Position numbers and translations under genes: made by a program. From the human T2T-CHM13v2.0 reference genome, Homo sapiens: DNA of 64,000 bases. The DNA lies in the NCBI RefSeq assembly GCF_009914755.1, contig NC_060928.1. One strand, written 5' to 3'. Under the pieces are notes generated by a model that was not told the origin of the DNA, did not search any database, and saw only the letters and a list, made by a program, of their open reading frames with translations. Positions 20,287 through 34,630 of the stretch are shown here, piece after piece (position 1 is the stretch's first letter; each line of letters starts with the position of its first letter).

Positions 20287-20868
20287 CCTGATCCCCCTAC
20301 TTGGAGAACTTTTATTCAGTTTTAGTAATGGGGTGTGGAAGGGAGCTAATTTATGCCAACGGGCTCCAATTTGAGAACATTTTCTTCAACATTTGAAGAT
20401 TATGATGCACTTTATCGATATATGAATTTGTGATCATATAAGCTGTGAAGCCTATTTAGCCATGCTTCTTGGGTCTAGTGATAGGTCTCCCTTGATGAGA
20501 ATGCAAGGTTGACATGAAAAATACACAGAAGTAACATAGCCTTATTTCAAAGAAAAGGAACTAGAGATCTCCGAAATCAGAAACACTAGAGCAGGCCTAT
20601 TCAATGACTTAAAACACGGAGTCCAACACTTGAGTCATGCTTCCCTGAGAATATAAGGATGCAGCTACAGGTCACAGTTTAACTGCCTGGATTGTGTCCC
20701 TGACTAGAGTTTCTGGATTATCACAATGATCATATTTTCTGATGGTAAGTTCTATTATTCTCTTTTAGTTCCTGTTAAATTCAAAGTCCAACAACAATGC
20801 CAAGTGTGATCCATCATGGGTGCCTGCAGTCACTCTTAGGTTCAGCGAATATTTTAGGGCACTCAATA

Positions 20869-21235
20869 TGTATTAGGTTGTCTGCTCATGCTGCTATAAC
20901 AAAATACCATGGATGGGCAGCTTAAACAACAGAAATTTATTTTCTCACATTTCCAGAGGCTGAACGTTTGAGATGAGCGAGTGTGGTAGATTTCTATTGA
21001 GAGTTCTCGTCCTAGCTTTCAGACTGCCACCTTCTTCCTGTGCCCTAATGGAGCAGAAAGAGAGAGCAAGATCAAGCTCTTTGGTGTCTCTTCTTATAAG
21101 GCCACTACTCCTATTATGAGGGCCCTGCTCTCATGACCTCACCTAAACCTAATTACCTCCCAAAGGCCTCATCTCCAAATACCATACATCAGGAGTTAGG
21201 GCTGCAACACATGGATTTTGAATTTATTCCATAAC
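20869..21235 (-). mobile_element. MLT1A-type MaLR LTR inserted in an L2 3' end
   Basis: GCTGCTATAACAAAATACCAT...CAACAGAAATTTATTTTCTCACA...TAATTACCTCCCAAAGGCCTCATCTCCAAATACCAT. Confidence 0.9.
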
Positions 21236-21480
21236 CCAGGTGCTGCACTAGGCATAAGTAAGACACAAATAATTCCCCCAGCAAGAAAGACGTATGTAAA
21301 ACAAAGAGTCACAATGCAATGAGAAGTGGGCCCTTAATGAGTAAAATACAAATACTCTAAGGAGCTTAGGGGACTGCAGTGTCCGCTCTTCACCTCACAG
21401 AGGAAATGAAATTTAGGTGAGGCCAGAAGAACATGGAGATGTTTTTTGGTGTGGAGAAGATATAGGTAAGGGGTTATAAA
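21236..21480 (-). mobile_element. L2 fragment (continues from 20840-20868 and at ~22300-22410)
   Basis: TTCAGCGAATATTTTAGGGCACTCAATATG plus CCAGGTGCTGCACTAGG rejoin into a reverse L2 3' end. Confidence 0.55.
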
Positions 21481-21600
21481 AATTCACAGCGGGACTAGCT
21501 GTTTAATTTGTGAGGAATCCCATGCAAAATGAAAATGGAAAGGCCCTTGCTCTAAAATTATTGACAGTTTTAAGACAGTGACAGAAAATCATTAAACCAC

Positions 21601-22210
<610 letters not shown>

Positions 22211-22411
22211 ATAAACTAAGTGTGGGGCTCTTCTGAGTTCATGTTGCTGGTGTGACTGCCCAGGAGTTATGGCTATGAAGCCGGCTCTGATTTACAACAT
22301 GCTGGGGAAATGGTAAGTCGTTAGGCCTGGCTAGAATACTAGAGGCATGTATGTGGGTGTATCAGAGCTGGCAAGAGGTGAAACCTGGAATAGTAGACTG
22401 AGACCAGGTTG

Positions 22412-22605
22412 TTTTAGCAGATAGCATTGCTTGCCTGCCCAACCAGGCTTACCCCTCTTTCCTCTTAATAAGCCACCTGTTTTGTTTAGGTATATATCCC
22501 TCAGGCAAAGTAATCCAATCTCAAGCTCTGAGATTAATGCTGCTTAGCCTATGAAAATAGTGCCATGCCCAGAGTATTCTCCTTGACAGTGGTTAGTTAG
22601 TACCA
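22412..22605 (+). mobile_element. Old MaLR LTR fragment (MLT1K/L-like)
   Basis: TAGCAGATAGCATTGCTTGCCTGCCCAAC...CCCCTCTTTCCTCTTAAT...TTTTGTTTAGG resembles the LTR 5' end. Confidence 0.4.
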
Positions 22606-23277
22606 GCCCCAAATTCCTCTTCATAGGTTTTCTCCATATAATGCTGAGAAATGCATATAATCTTGTTTCAGAATTAGTCCTGGGAATTTCATAATTCCCC
22701 CAAAATGAACTCCAGAAGTGACACTAGGTATTACCTATCATATTCATTGTATTTGCTTACATGTAGTCTGTTTTTTCTCTGTGTTTATTTTCTGGTGAAT
22801 TATTATTTCCCTCCCATGTGCACATTGCTTATGTTCTGTGTCTCAGAGGGTTATTCAAGATTAATTAGCGTTCCCCTGGGTATAGAAAGTGACAACTTCT
22901 GCAGTTTATCATTGGAGCACATTATCAATTACTTTGCTCTACAAAAATCCAGATGAAAATATTTTACATTTCAGTGTACGTGTTAAGGTAATATGCAAAC
23001 AAATATGCTATATGCATTAATTAAAATTGGGTAATTGTGTCACTATAGATATAAAGTTTTAGTATCTGTTAAATATGCCATTAGATGAATTACATGAATT
23101 TGAATAACTTTATCTTATGGGGTAGCATATTGCAATACTTTGTTGCATCATCAAAGCATATTTTAACTGAATATGTATATGCAGATACAACATTATATAT
23201 CTATATTTTAAAAGTCACTTATTTAAAATTAATATATTCATCATAACATATTTAGCTATATAAACTATTTTTCTTTT

Positions 23278-23565
23278 TCTTTTTCGAGACAGAGTCTTAC
23301 TGTGTCACCCAAGCTGGAGTACAGTGGCATGATCTCAGCTCACTACAACCTCTGACTCCCGGGTTCAAGTGATTCTCCTGACTCAGCCTCCCAAGTAGCT
23401 GGGACTACAGGCACACACCACCATGCCAGGCTAAGTTTTGTATTTTTAGTAGAGACGGGGTTTCACTATGTTGGCCAGGCTGGTCTTGAACTCCTGACTT
23501 GGTGATCCACCTGCCTCAGCCTCCCAAAGTGCTGGGATTACAGGCATGAGCCACCATGCCCGATC
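23278..23565 (-). mobile_element. Alu (AluS)
   Basis: Reverse Alu dimer; TSD core TATTTTTCTTTT. Confidence 0.95.
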
Positions 23566-23639
23566 TTATTTTTCTTTTAAATCCAAGTTCAAAATGGTAT
23601 TTAGCTGAAGATTGCCCTACATTTTGCCCTATTTATCAA

Positions 23640-24480
23640 CTTAGGTTAACAACTTTTACAGTTAAGCATATATTATGCACAAAATATTATGTTAGGTGCT
23701 GTACAGAATTTAATCATCAATAAGGAATTGACGTACAGCTTATATTTCATACAAGAGTACAAATGATAATTAGAAAGACTACACGGGACATCACATGGAC
23801 GTGATCTAAGTGAGCATTATTTGGCCACAAAGTGGGGTCATTTAGATATCATTCAAGCTAAACAGGGATGCTTTCAAAACAAAGTGGCATGTGAGATAAA
23901 TAGATGGGATATGGAAAATCTGTTTAAGGTAAAATCACATGAAGTACAATTTGACAAGTACTTAATGAATGGGTCATTCTGGGTAAAGATAAATCTGTAA
24001 AATCGGTGACACTGCTGCATGAATGCATGTACCTACTTCAGGGAAAAGGAATGTTTCTGTTCCACAGATATTTAGGAGTCACCGTATGAAGGTAATGGGG
24101 CAGAAAGGTTCTGCATTTAGTCTGGCCTTAAAGGCCAGTCTGAGGAGTTTGTATTTCATCTGTTGCTTTTGGGGAGTTAGTAACATTTATCAATTGCAAA
24201 ATACCACACTCAATCTTCTAGTTCAGGGAGATTAATCTGTTAACTGTGTAAAGCTATGGAAGGATACAGGCAAAGGCATCTGGTTGGAGGGGATATGGTG
24301 AACATAAAACCTCATAAGCATTGGCAACTGATTAAATTTGGATTTAAGTGTGCTTCTGAATATCCTGGTTGTTATGGAAATGAATGGTGTCTTATTAATT
24401 ATGCTAGGAAAGTCAGGGAAAATGGTTTGTGAGAGAATATAATTAATTCCATTTAGGCATTTCACAAATTAATAAGAATT
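23640..24480 (-). mobile_element. L2 fragment (highly diverged)
   Basis: TATTATGCAC...GTTAGGTGCTG and GGCAACTGATTAAATTTGG L2-like motifs. Confidence 0.5.
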
Positions 24481-24546
24481 TCTGGGATCCACAGTGCTAG
24501 AATTACTAGTACCTACCTTGACAATTTAGTTAAAACAAAAATAGTT

Positions 24547-24855
<309 letters not shown>

Positions 24856-24983
24856 TCAGCATATTGTAGATTTGTTTATGGTCTCCTACATGCCAGACCC
24901 TACTCTAAATGCTGGGGTATTCAGCAGTTCACAAAACAGACAAAAACAAACAGAAACCTTCTCTTCATAAAGTTTACATTTTA

Positions 24984-25860
<877 letters not shown>

Positions 25861-26029
25861 TGTATAACTTCTATCAATAATCAGAAATGTTATTTTATAA
25901 TGAGCTTAAAAGAGAAAAATCTTTAGAATAAATCCATGTTATAATGTAATATGCTCTTTTCACAGACATTTACAACATGAGGCAGTACAGGATGCTTTAG
26001 TATTTATATGAGATATTGATTTCTACATT

Positions 26030-26420
26030 ATGTGAATTCTAAGATGCAAGTTTCAATACCTCTAATGTCTATCAATAGCAAAGTAGTTGAATGCATCATA
26101 GTGTTTCCACCCTGGGGAATACTGTGTAGTTATTAGAAAATAAATTTAAGTTCAATCTATATATGTTATACCTGAGGAATATCCAATATGCTTTTGTCAA
26201 ATCAGAAAAGCCACTTACAGAGTAATGTGCTTATTGTGATCCCTGGTTTTTTAAAAACAAACAAAACATGTGCTTTGTGTGTGTTTTTGTATGTCATGTT
26301 ATTACTATGAAAAACAATATAAAAGGATACAAGCTATTAGCATCGATTATTGGAAGGGGTGGGTTATGGAGGGATTAGCAGGTTTATTTTTATAGATCTT
26401 TTCATTGTTTTATTGTTTCA
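26030..26420 (+). mobile_element. L1ME-type 3' fragment
   Basis: AATGTCTATCAATAG...GGAATACTGTGTAGTTATTAGAAAA. Confidence 0.55.
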
Positions 26421-26959
26421 TTTTCACTCAGGTTAATGAGTACACTTTTTTAAATTCAAGACTAAAAATCAAAAACATCTAGAGACTCTGAAACACTCAA
26501 TATGTATTTGGGTAACACACCCAATATTAGAACCTAGACCTAACAATTTCATTCAGTGGTTCTTTCCATTAAAATAATCTTTATTGACACTTTGCACGTC
26601 GTGGACTTTTTATACTACTATCCTATTTGCCTCTTTCTATGTCCCTGTGGCATTACAGATCAATTAGTAATTCGGGTGGAAACAATGTAAGTATTTGTCT
26701 AAATATTCTATGAAGTCTAATTCAGATGAGCAGAATGTTTAGAGAATTCCAACTCTTGTTCCTTGAGTAGATTTTTGCATACTCTTTAGAAGAATTTTAT
26801 TCTAGGGAAGCTGCTGCCTCTGGAATTGTCCCATGTGTGACTCCAAACCCACTGCCTGCCCTTACAAGGCAATATTCCTTAGGCTTCAATGTGAAATGAA
26901 TTAATTTTTTAAAATGCCCAATTCATAGCAAAAATATGAGCAGAAAAAAAGAATATTAG

Positions 26960-27690
26960 ATGCAGGTTATTTTTCACCTCTACTCTTACTTATCTTTCAG
27001 CAGCATTAATCATACCCGCCTTCTTGTAAGATTTTATTAACCTAGCTTCTATGATGCACCAGCCCCCCCTCAGAAATCTTACCCAACCCATATTTTTCAG
27101 TCCAGACATCCTCCTTGAGTTTCAGAGTACCTTACTTTAAGGTCCTCTTTGCTAGATCAAACATTTCAAACCCAAAGTTTCTCAGGCTAAACTCCTGGTC
27201 TTTCCCACCAGTATTTTCCAATGTTTACCCTCTTAATGAATAGTACTATCATTCATCCAGGTGTGGACATCCAAAATCTACTCTTAGTAACTCCCTCTTT
27301 CTCATCCCCCAATATAAAATCTGTATTTAAGTCAAAACTTGCATGGAGTATAGAGTTGCAGTTGAGAATCATAGATTTTAGAGGTATACAGCACCAAGCT
27401 CTACCTACCTTCTTTTAGCCTTAGTTTTTCCTTTGTAAATGGGAAATATTAACCTAATCTACCTCTTGAGGATGCTGGGAGGATAAAAAAGTATCTGTTA
27501 ATACTCTACAATAAAATATCTGTATTCACAGATTTGATACATAAATACACACATATGTAGGTGTATCTGTTTGTATCTATGTCAAGTTATCCACACACAC
27601 ACATGCACATACACATAAACACACACATATTTACCCTAGGACAGTGACTAGCACGTTCAGTGCTCAAGAAAAGTTAGCTGTATTTAGAAT
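26960..27690 (+). mobile_element. L2 fragment followed by MIR pieces
   Basis: CAGTCCAGACATCCTCCTTGAGTTTCAGA (L2); GCCTTAGTTTTTCCTTTGTAAATGGG and CAGTGCTCAAGAAAAGTTAGCT (MIR). Confidence 0.55.
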
Positions 27691-29029
27691 TTAAGATGTT
27701 TATGTTGCACGCCATCTAACTTATAATGCAAAATAACTAGGAAAAAAGGAAGAACTGATAGAACTTCAGGTAGTTTAAATAGCTTCCTGTCTCTTGGAAT
27801 ATTTTTGAGGTTGGGAAGAGATGTTTGGCCCCTATCATGTGTTGTTCTTTCTCTTACATAGCATATTTTCCAAGGTCTTTATGACTTATAAGGTCAAGGG
27901 CTTATTGCACCTCTTCTCACAACAATATCAGGTAAAATTGGGAAAAGTGATTGGTAGAAGTATCTGCAAATAATTTTTGTCTAAACAAAGTTCTAAAACT
28001 TGTGCTTTGCTGTGACTGAATTTCTCTCAGTTTGAAAAATTTGACATTTAGCATAATCTTGAAATATGTGGTTTTTTCCACTGTTAGTTCTTAAGACTTA
28101 GCTTTTAACACAGCAGTCACCAAAAAGGCAGTATCCTTCCCTAAATGTGGTAGTATCTTTGAACCACAAGTTAATGGAAATGAACAATTTAACTACCAAG
28201 CCACAACAGTGCCTCCAGTGTCTGTCATCTTGCTCTGAGCTGGTGCAAATGCGTGTGTTCTACATCTGTATTAGAGAGTTTAGCCTTGACATTCCTTCGT
28301 CCCATGCAATATTTGTTAAATAAAAGAAAAAGAAAGGGGCAGGCATGCTTTACCCAGATGTGATATTTAGTCAGCCTGGAAATTCTTTTGCTGTGGCTTT
28401 ACTCTCACTGAACAGTATCCACCAGTGCTGGCCTCCTGTATCCAATTTAAATTGATGATTGCTAGAGACATATTACCCTAATTTCTAATCAGCTAATTAC
28501 AATGGATCTACTGTGCAGAATAAGAGTACTACAATTAATTCTAATAGAAGCTTTATTCTGTTTCATGTTTATAAATTCTGTATTAATTCTCTTGTATAAG
28601 CCAGTTTAATTTTTAAGTTTCTTTAAAAGTTTAGAATAAAAGCTATCCAAACATTTTTAAAATTTTATCAGAAAACAAGGTCATGTATCACATTCATTCC
28701 TAAAAAGTGCACAATGATTCTTATTGACAGAAACCATTGTCTTCTCTCAACCCTAGATGCCAGAAAACATAAGAAATCTTGATAGTTTGTTCTTTCTACC
28801 TTCCCTTATCTCCCTTCTCCTGTTGCTTCTCTTTCTCTGTACTCTTTTTACTTCTCCTCCCTAAAGATAAACCATATTTAGTTGTGCTAATGAGGTGATA
28901 TAAATGCCAAATGGATTAATAATTAATTCAGTTTTAGAACGTATTCTTCGATCTGGCAGTATAGTTTTAAAATATATAAGTTAGAAAAATATGTTTGAAA
29001 CTAGGTTTGGACTAGGTTTTCCAATTCTT

Positions 29030-29068
29030 TGAGAGAGAGAGAGAGAGTGTGTGTGTGTGTGTGTGTGT
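29030..29068. repeat. (GA)n(GT)n microsatellite
   Basis: Direct reading. Confidence 0.95.
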
Positions 29069-29532
29069 ATTTTAAATAGGTAAATAGATATAGATGTACA
29101 TATAGATGTAGATAGATACAGATAAGATTTAGATATAGATAAACCTCAAGTATTTTTACTGGTAGCAGTATGTTAACAAATAGTTTGGAGACTGCCACTC
29201 CAAAACATAAGTTCTAAAAAGGAATGAATCTTTTTATCATTATACTCCCAGAACCTAGCACTGTTGGTTACATGTTTTGGGAGTCAAGAAATATTTATTA
29301 AATTAATTAATGGAAGATTTCAGTATACTTCATGGAGCTGAATCAAACATCAGTCAAGTCTCAGACACATCTGTTTGGTGCATGCTCTTGCCATTGTAGT
29401 CATTTGAAAAATATCAAGTAATGTTTTAATGGCAAGTAGTAAGGTGATATCCTAAATAGATTTCATAGGCATTTGTTTTCTCTGCATTTTTTATTTAAGA
29501 TGTGGAGTCCAAATATTGCTAAATAATTAGTA

Positions 29533-30545
29533 TAATAGAGAGTCTCTGAATCTGTGCCTAGTGACTCACTAGACGATGAAATGACCCATTTTCTCTGAAA
29601 CCCACCGACTGTGCCCACACTTGAATAAATGCTCCCCCTTAGTGGGATACTGCTTGCTGTCTATGCACTCTGCCTTTTTTAGTTGTGGTGTATGCTAATC
29701 AAGAGCCATTCACATTTGTTTCCACACATGTTTATGCTAGTTGTTCTTTTATTTATTAAATGTAATATTTAATTGTTCATGTAATTGAATCAAATGTTAT
29801 AAAAGCTGATGAAATGTGAGAGCAAAAAGAAATGTTTCTAGGCTGGGCACAGTGGCTCATGCCTGTACTCCCAGCACTTTGGGAGCCCAAGGTGGGCGGA
29901 TCACCTGAGGTAAGGAGTGAAACCCCAACATGGTGAAACCCCATCTCTACTAAAAATTAGCTGGGCATGGCAGCACACACCTGCAGTTTCAGCTACCTGG
30001 GAGGCTGAGGCAAGGGAATCACTTGAACCCAGGAGGTGGAGGTTGCAGTAAGCTGAGATCCGGCAACTGCACTCCAACCTGGGTGACAGAGGGAGAGACT
30101 CTGTCTCCAAAAAAAGGAAAAATGTTTTTAAGAAAAGTTAGTTAATGTTTTGGAAAGTTTTGGCTAAAATTATGGTTAAATTAGGTGTGGAAAAATAATT
30201 GCACATTATTGGAGAGAGAATCATAAACATCTAGATGATTTTCATGAGCAAGTCACTTAAAAAGTACCTTTAGGTTCCTGCTATGCTTTCCAGAAACTGA
30301 TACTAGAATTTATAAATGACACATTGGAGGTAATTTGTATAAGAAAGATTATAAGAAACTCTGAGAGCAGTCACTTGCCTAGAAAAGGCCTTATTTATGG
30401 TTTTAAAATGGTAACTACTTGGGCATTTGTATGTTTTACATTAAAAATTATGCTTTGTGTGCTTTGTATGATCCTCTCCTTAACTGTTCTTTAACAAACT
30501 CACTAATGACAGTCCAGCTGTGTCAGATTAAGAGGATTTCTACTG
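29533..30545 (+). mobile_element. Tigger (TcMar) element, Tigger13a-like, split by Alu
   Basis: Ends TGTGTCAGATTAAGAGGATTTCTACTG+TA; decayed transposase HTH-coding sequence (AGCAAAAAGA...AATGTTTTGGAAAG...TTAGGTGTGG). Confidence 0.7.
29841..30115 (+). mobile_element. Alu (AluS) with small left-arm rearrangement
   Basis: Alu dimer; flanks AAATGTTTCTA/AAATGTTTTTA; GTGAAACCCC occurs twice. Confidence 0.95.
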
Positions 30546-32852
30546 TAGTTCAACTTTGAGAGTTCATTTCACTCCTCTTTCGTGGTTCTGGGACAATGTA
30601 ATTGAAAAATCTTGAAATAAAGACAAGGTGTTAAAATCAATTACTATTTGCAATTTCATTGTATGAACTATGATTTTCTTAATATTGTACTACTCAAAGA
30701 AAATTGAGAAATAAGTAAAAATATACAGCTGATAGATGGGATAGCAAAAGTTACTCAGATTTTCTCATTTTGAATATCTTTCACAACAGCCTCATTGTTT
30801 TACTGATTAACAATAATTTAAGTTAAAATTATGAATGCAAGCCCAACCAAAAAATTCTAAAGCATATTTTAATATATCGGGGATCTATAAAAGTTTTCAT
30901 CTGAAATGTGTTTCTTTATCAGAAGATGTTTCAAATTCTCTATTTTAGGGTATACAAAAATGGTTAAAACTCTGTCCAAGCTTTCAAGAAACAACAGTGG
31001 ACAACATCAAATTGACACCAAGGAGATAGATGGATGGTGAGTTTACTTCTCACTAAGAAGATAAGGGAGACTTCACCTAGAAAGTGCGGTTTAAACTGCA
31101 ACTTAAAATAAGCAGTTTTCTGGTATACAGCTAGAGGGAAAGGTCATTTCAGAGGGAGGAAACTGGACTAACAAAGGGCGATAGGAGGAGAGCAGAAAGT
31201 ATTACAGAGGGAAGAAACTATGGGTCAGGAGGAGAAGGGAGCTACCTGAAGTCCAAAGTGTTGGAACTTTTAAGTAAGTTGGTTATTTTAGGTACTGATG
31301 GTGCTTGAGTTTAGAAATGATAATTTATGGAACATCTGTTAAGATGGGTATAAAGTGTTATGGGAGACCCTGTAAAATAATGACTGGTTCTGCCTATTGG
31401 GAAGCTTCTTCATAGAAGAGATGACACTTCATTTCCATTTGAAATATACACATTTTGGGGCTATTTAGAGGGCTTTGTTTGAAGTGAGAAGATGCTAGAA
31501 GCAGAGACAGCAATACTGAAAGGATGCAATGCAAAATAACTCATGAACTTAATGAAACAATTTTATTTCATTTTCTGGCAGTTCTTGTTGATTTTTAAAA
31601 ATAAACTCTAAATAAAATTTAAATTAAGAAATATTTATTTCCTTTCATTAGTTGCAGTTATTTTTAGAAATTGCATCATTAGATTGGTATCTTGAAAGAA
31701 CTTGCCTAAAGTAAAAAATTAATAAACTTTTAGATCAAAAACTGTGTCATTCCTAAATAAAATGAAAGGCAAAATTAAAATATAACTTTTTTGTGTATAA
31801 AAGAAAATGTTTGCTCAAATTGTTTGTTATTAAAAAGACACTAAAATTGGACTTTAAATATTTTTGAAGGATTCCAAATTGTTGTCATGTTTCAGTTTTA
31901 TGTGCCTTTAAGTGAAATGTCTTCTTTAGGTGTTAGGGAGTTTTCTTCATAAATCATTAAAGAAAATGTTCTTAAAGTGGACATTCATTTTTGTACGTGA
32001 TTAATAGGAAGGAGTACCATTTTATTTTATTTTTTTTCAATGCTCTACTGGCTTTCAGTTGGGAGGTTAGCTTACTTTGTAAATATGCAAAATAGTGACA
32101 AAATAATCATACAGAAGTGCTTTGTAAAATGCATATAGCATAAGAAAATGTGAATACCGTTTATATGTAGAATTATCTAAAATATGTTAGGAAAGTTAAT
32201 ATTTGTAAGAATTTGCAGAATTCAAACATCCATATATTGGAAATTATACTTTTTGTGCATTGAGAAACACAATTTTTAAAATGATAATTTTAAATTAATA
32301 AATTTAAAAACATCAATTAAAAATATTTTTATCCTACTCTCCAGAAGGTACTTTGTAGGATATAACATTTATATGTACAAAAAACTATGTAAACTACCTT
32401 TTAAAAATCATATTCTCATAAAATTATATTGATACATCATTTTTCTTCAGTTCTTTATTTAGCATATCTCTTTAGCATCTTTTAATATTCAAAATTATTT
32501 TTCCAGCGCATGATCTTAATGACTTACACAAATGTTATCCTATTTGATGTGTCAGATTTTATTTGACCATAGATGACTGGCACTTAAACTTTTTAAAGAG
32601 TCTCTAATGTAACCATGGGGATGAACTACCTGAGACCTAAATGTCTCTACCCATCTCTTAAAAGGTACAGTACAGGGCTAGGGTTAGGTAAGTAAGCCTT
32701 ATGCATCTTAAAGTTTTTGCTTCATAGTATGAATTAGCTTTCCAATTTGTATGCTGCTTTCTCTTAACTTCCCTATCCTAAGTAGTATCTTTGTTTTCTT
32801 TTTTGTTATTTTAAAATTATTTGGATTTTAAGTTATTTTTATTATTTGCATC

Positions 32853-33080
32853 CTAAACTATGAGGATGCAAATGCATAAGAATGACACAATGGACTTTGG
32901 GACTCAGGGGAAAGGATGGGAAGGGGGTGCGGGATATAAGACTACAAACTGGGTGCAGTGTATCCTGCTCGGGTGATGAGTGCACCAAAATTTCACAAAT
33001 CACTACTAAAGAACTTACTCAAGTAACCAAATACCACCTGTTCTCCAATAACCTATGGAAATAAAAAAAATTAAAAAAAT
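32853..33080 (+). mobile_element. L1PB1-like 3' end (5'-truncated)
   Basis: CTATGAGGATGCAAA...TGCTCGGGTGATGAGTGCACCAAAAT...AACCTATGGAAATAAAAAA. Confidence 0.85.
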
Positions 33081-33289
33081 ATTTTTTAAGATTTAACATT
33101 GTTTACAATTATTAGTGATTTGTATATTTTTGTAAATTTTATATTAATGTACTTTTCTGTTAATTTATACAGGTGCCTTTTGCCATTTAGGTTGCAAATA
33201 TTTTTCTCCTTGTTACTTGCTTTGATATTTTGTTTATGGGATTTTGAAATGCAGATATTTATACTTCAGTGACCCAAATCTAAGAATCT

Positions 33290-33709
33290 TCCTTCCTTCC
33301 TTCCTTCCTTTCTTTCTCTTTCTCTCTTTCTCTCTCTTACTCTCTCTTTCTTTCTTTCTTCTTTCTTTCTCTCTTCTTCTTCTCCTTCCTTCTTCTTTCT
33401 TTCTTCTTCTTCTTTTTTTTTTTTTCTTGAGACAGAGTCTCTCTGTGTCACCCAGGCTTGACTGCAGTGGCACGATCTCAGCTCACTGAAGTCTCGACCT
33501 CCTGGGTTTAAGTGATCCTCCCACCTCAGCCCCTCAAGTAACTGAGACTAGAGTTGTGCGCCGCCACACCTAGCTAATTTTTTGAATTTTGTAGAGATAG
33601 GGTCTCTCTCTGTTGCCCAGGCTGGTCTTGAATTCCAGAGCACAAATGATCCTCCTATCTGAGCCTCCCAAAGTGCTGGAATTACAGGAATGAGCCACCG
33701 TGCCCGGGC
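33290..33709 (-). mobile_element. AluJ with expanded (CCTT)/(CTTT)/(CTT) tail (33290-33427)
   Basis: Reverse Alu with J-type GATCCTCCCACCTCAGC; short TSD GAATCT. Confidence 0.9.
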
Positions 33710-33748
33710 GAATCTCACTTTCTTTTTTCTAAGCTGTTAGGTATGCAC

Positions 33749-33749
<1 letters not shown>

Positions 33750-33789
<40 letters not shown>

Positions 33790-33794
33790 TGTGT
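33750..33794. repeat. (TG)n microsatellite
   Basis: Direct reading. Confidence 0.95.
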
Positions 33795-34260
33795 CTGTGG
33801 TGGACTATAATAAATAGGCACAGAAGAGACAAAATCACACAGGTAAACTTTGAATTGTCAGTTGACCATATATCATTCTAATAATCTGGGGCAAAGTCAA
33901 AGAGCTTATGTGAAGAGTTCACGTGTTTATGAATTAGAGGAATCATTTGAATTGCAAGGGTGAGTTGAAAATGTCTTGCGGTTAATTATTTTTTTTCCAA
34001 ATGAGGATATTACTTTTACAATCAGGAACCTGGACATACTCTACTCAAAATGGCGAATTTGGTTGATTTTTAAAATACAGAAGAAACAATTCTCAGGAAG
34101 ATGAAAAGTTAGACTGTGATTGTCACAACAAAACTTTGATCTAATCTTGAAGCTGACTACAGGGGTGACAATAAATGTTTTGCATTAGATGTGACACTGC
34201 ACATTTTAGATGATGAAATACTGTTGTTAGTGGTTGTAGAACTTTAATGTTGCCAGAATA

Positions 34261-34337
34261 TTTCATCAAGTAGAGTCTCTGCATGTGGTAAAATTTCATC
34301 AAGTGGAGTCGCTGCATGAGGTAAAATTTCACCAAGT
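34261..34337. repeat. 33-bp tandem repeat, ~2.3 copies
   Basis: TTTCATCAAGTRGAGTCKCTGCATGWGGTAAAA units start at 34261, 34294 and 34327. Confidence 0.9.
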
Positions 34338-34349
34338 TAAAAATTTTTA

Positions 34350-34630
34350 TGAACAATATTTTATAAAATATGTATTTATATATTTGGCAAAATTATAGAG
34401 AAAAGTAAGAAATGAAAAACATAAATTTCAGAGTAAAACATAAACTTCAGTTACCTCTGGGAAAGAGAGAAGCGGGTGTAATCAGGGAGTGTAAATAGGG
34501 GGCAACAACTGGACTGGGAATGTCAAAGTTGGTGCTGGTTACACAGGGTTGTTTTACAGTATTCCTTATATCTTGTATATGCATTGTGAATAGGCTTTGT
34601 TTGAATAGGATATTGAAATATTTTAATAAT
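34350..34630 (+). mobile_element. L1ME-type 3' end
   Basis: CAGTTACCTCTGGGAAAGAG...GGTTACACAGGGTTGTTTT. Confidence 0.6.

Noticed and set aside
33234-33489. Lys/Arg/Glu-rich and Phe/Leu/Ser-rich ORFs
   Set aside because: Translations of a simple-repeat Alu tail.
34015-34145. Possible exon after TTTTACAATCAG
   Set aside because: All frames stop quickly, there is no clear donor, and no recognisable peptide.
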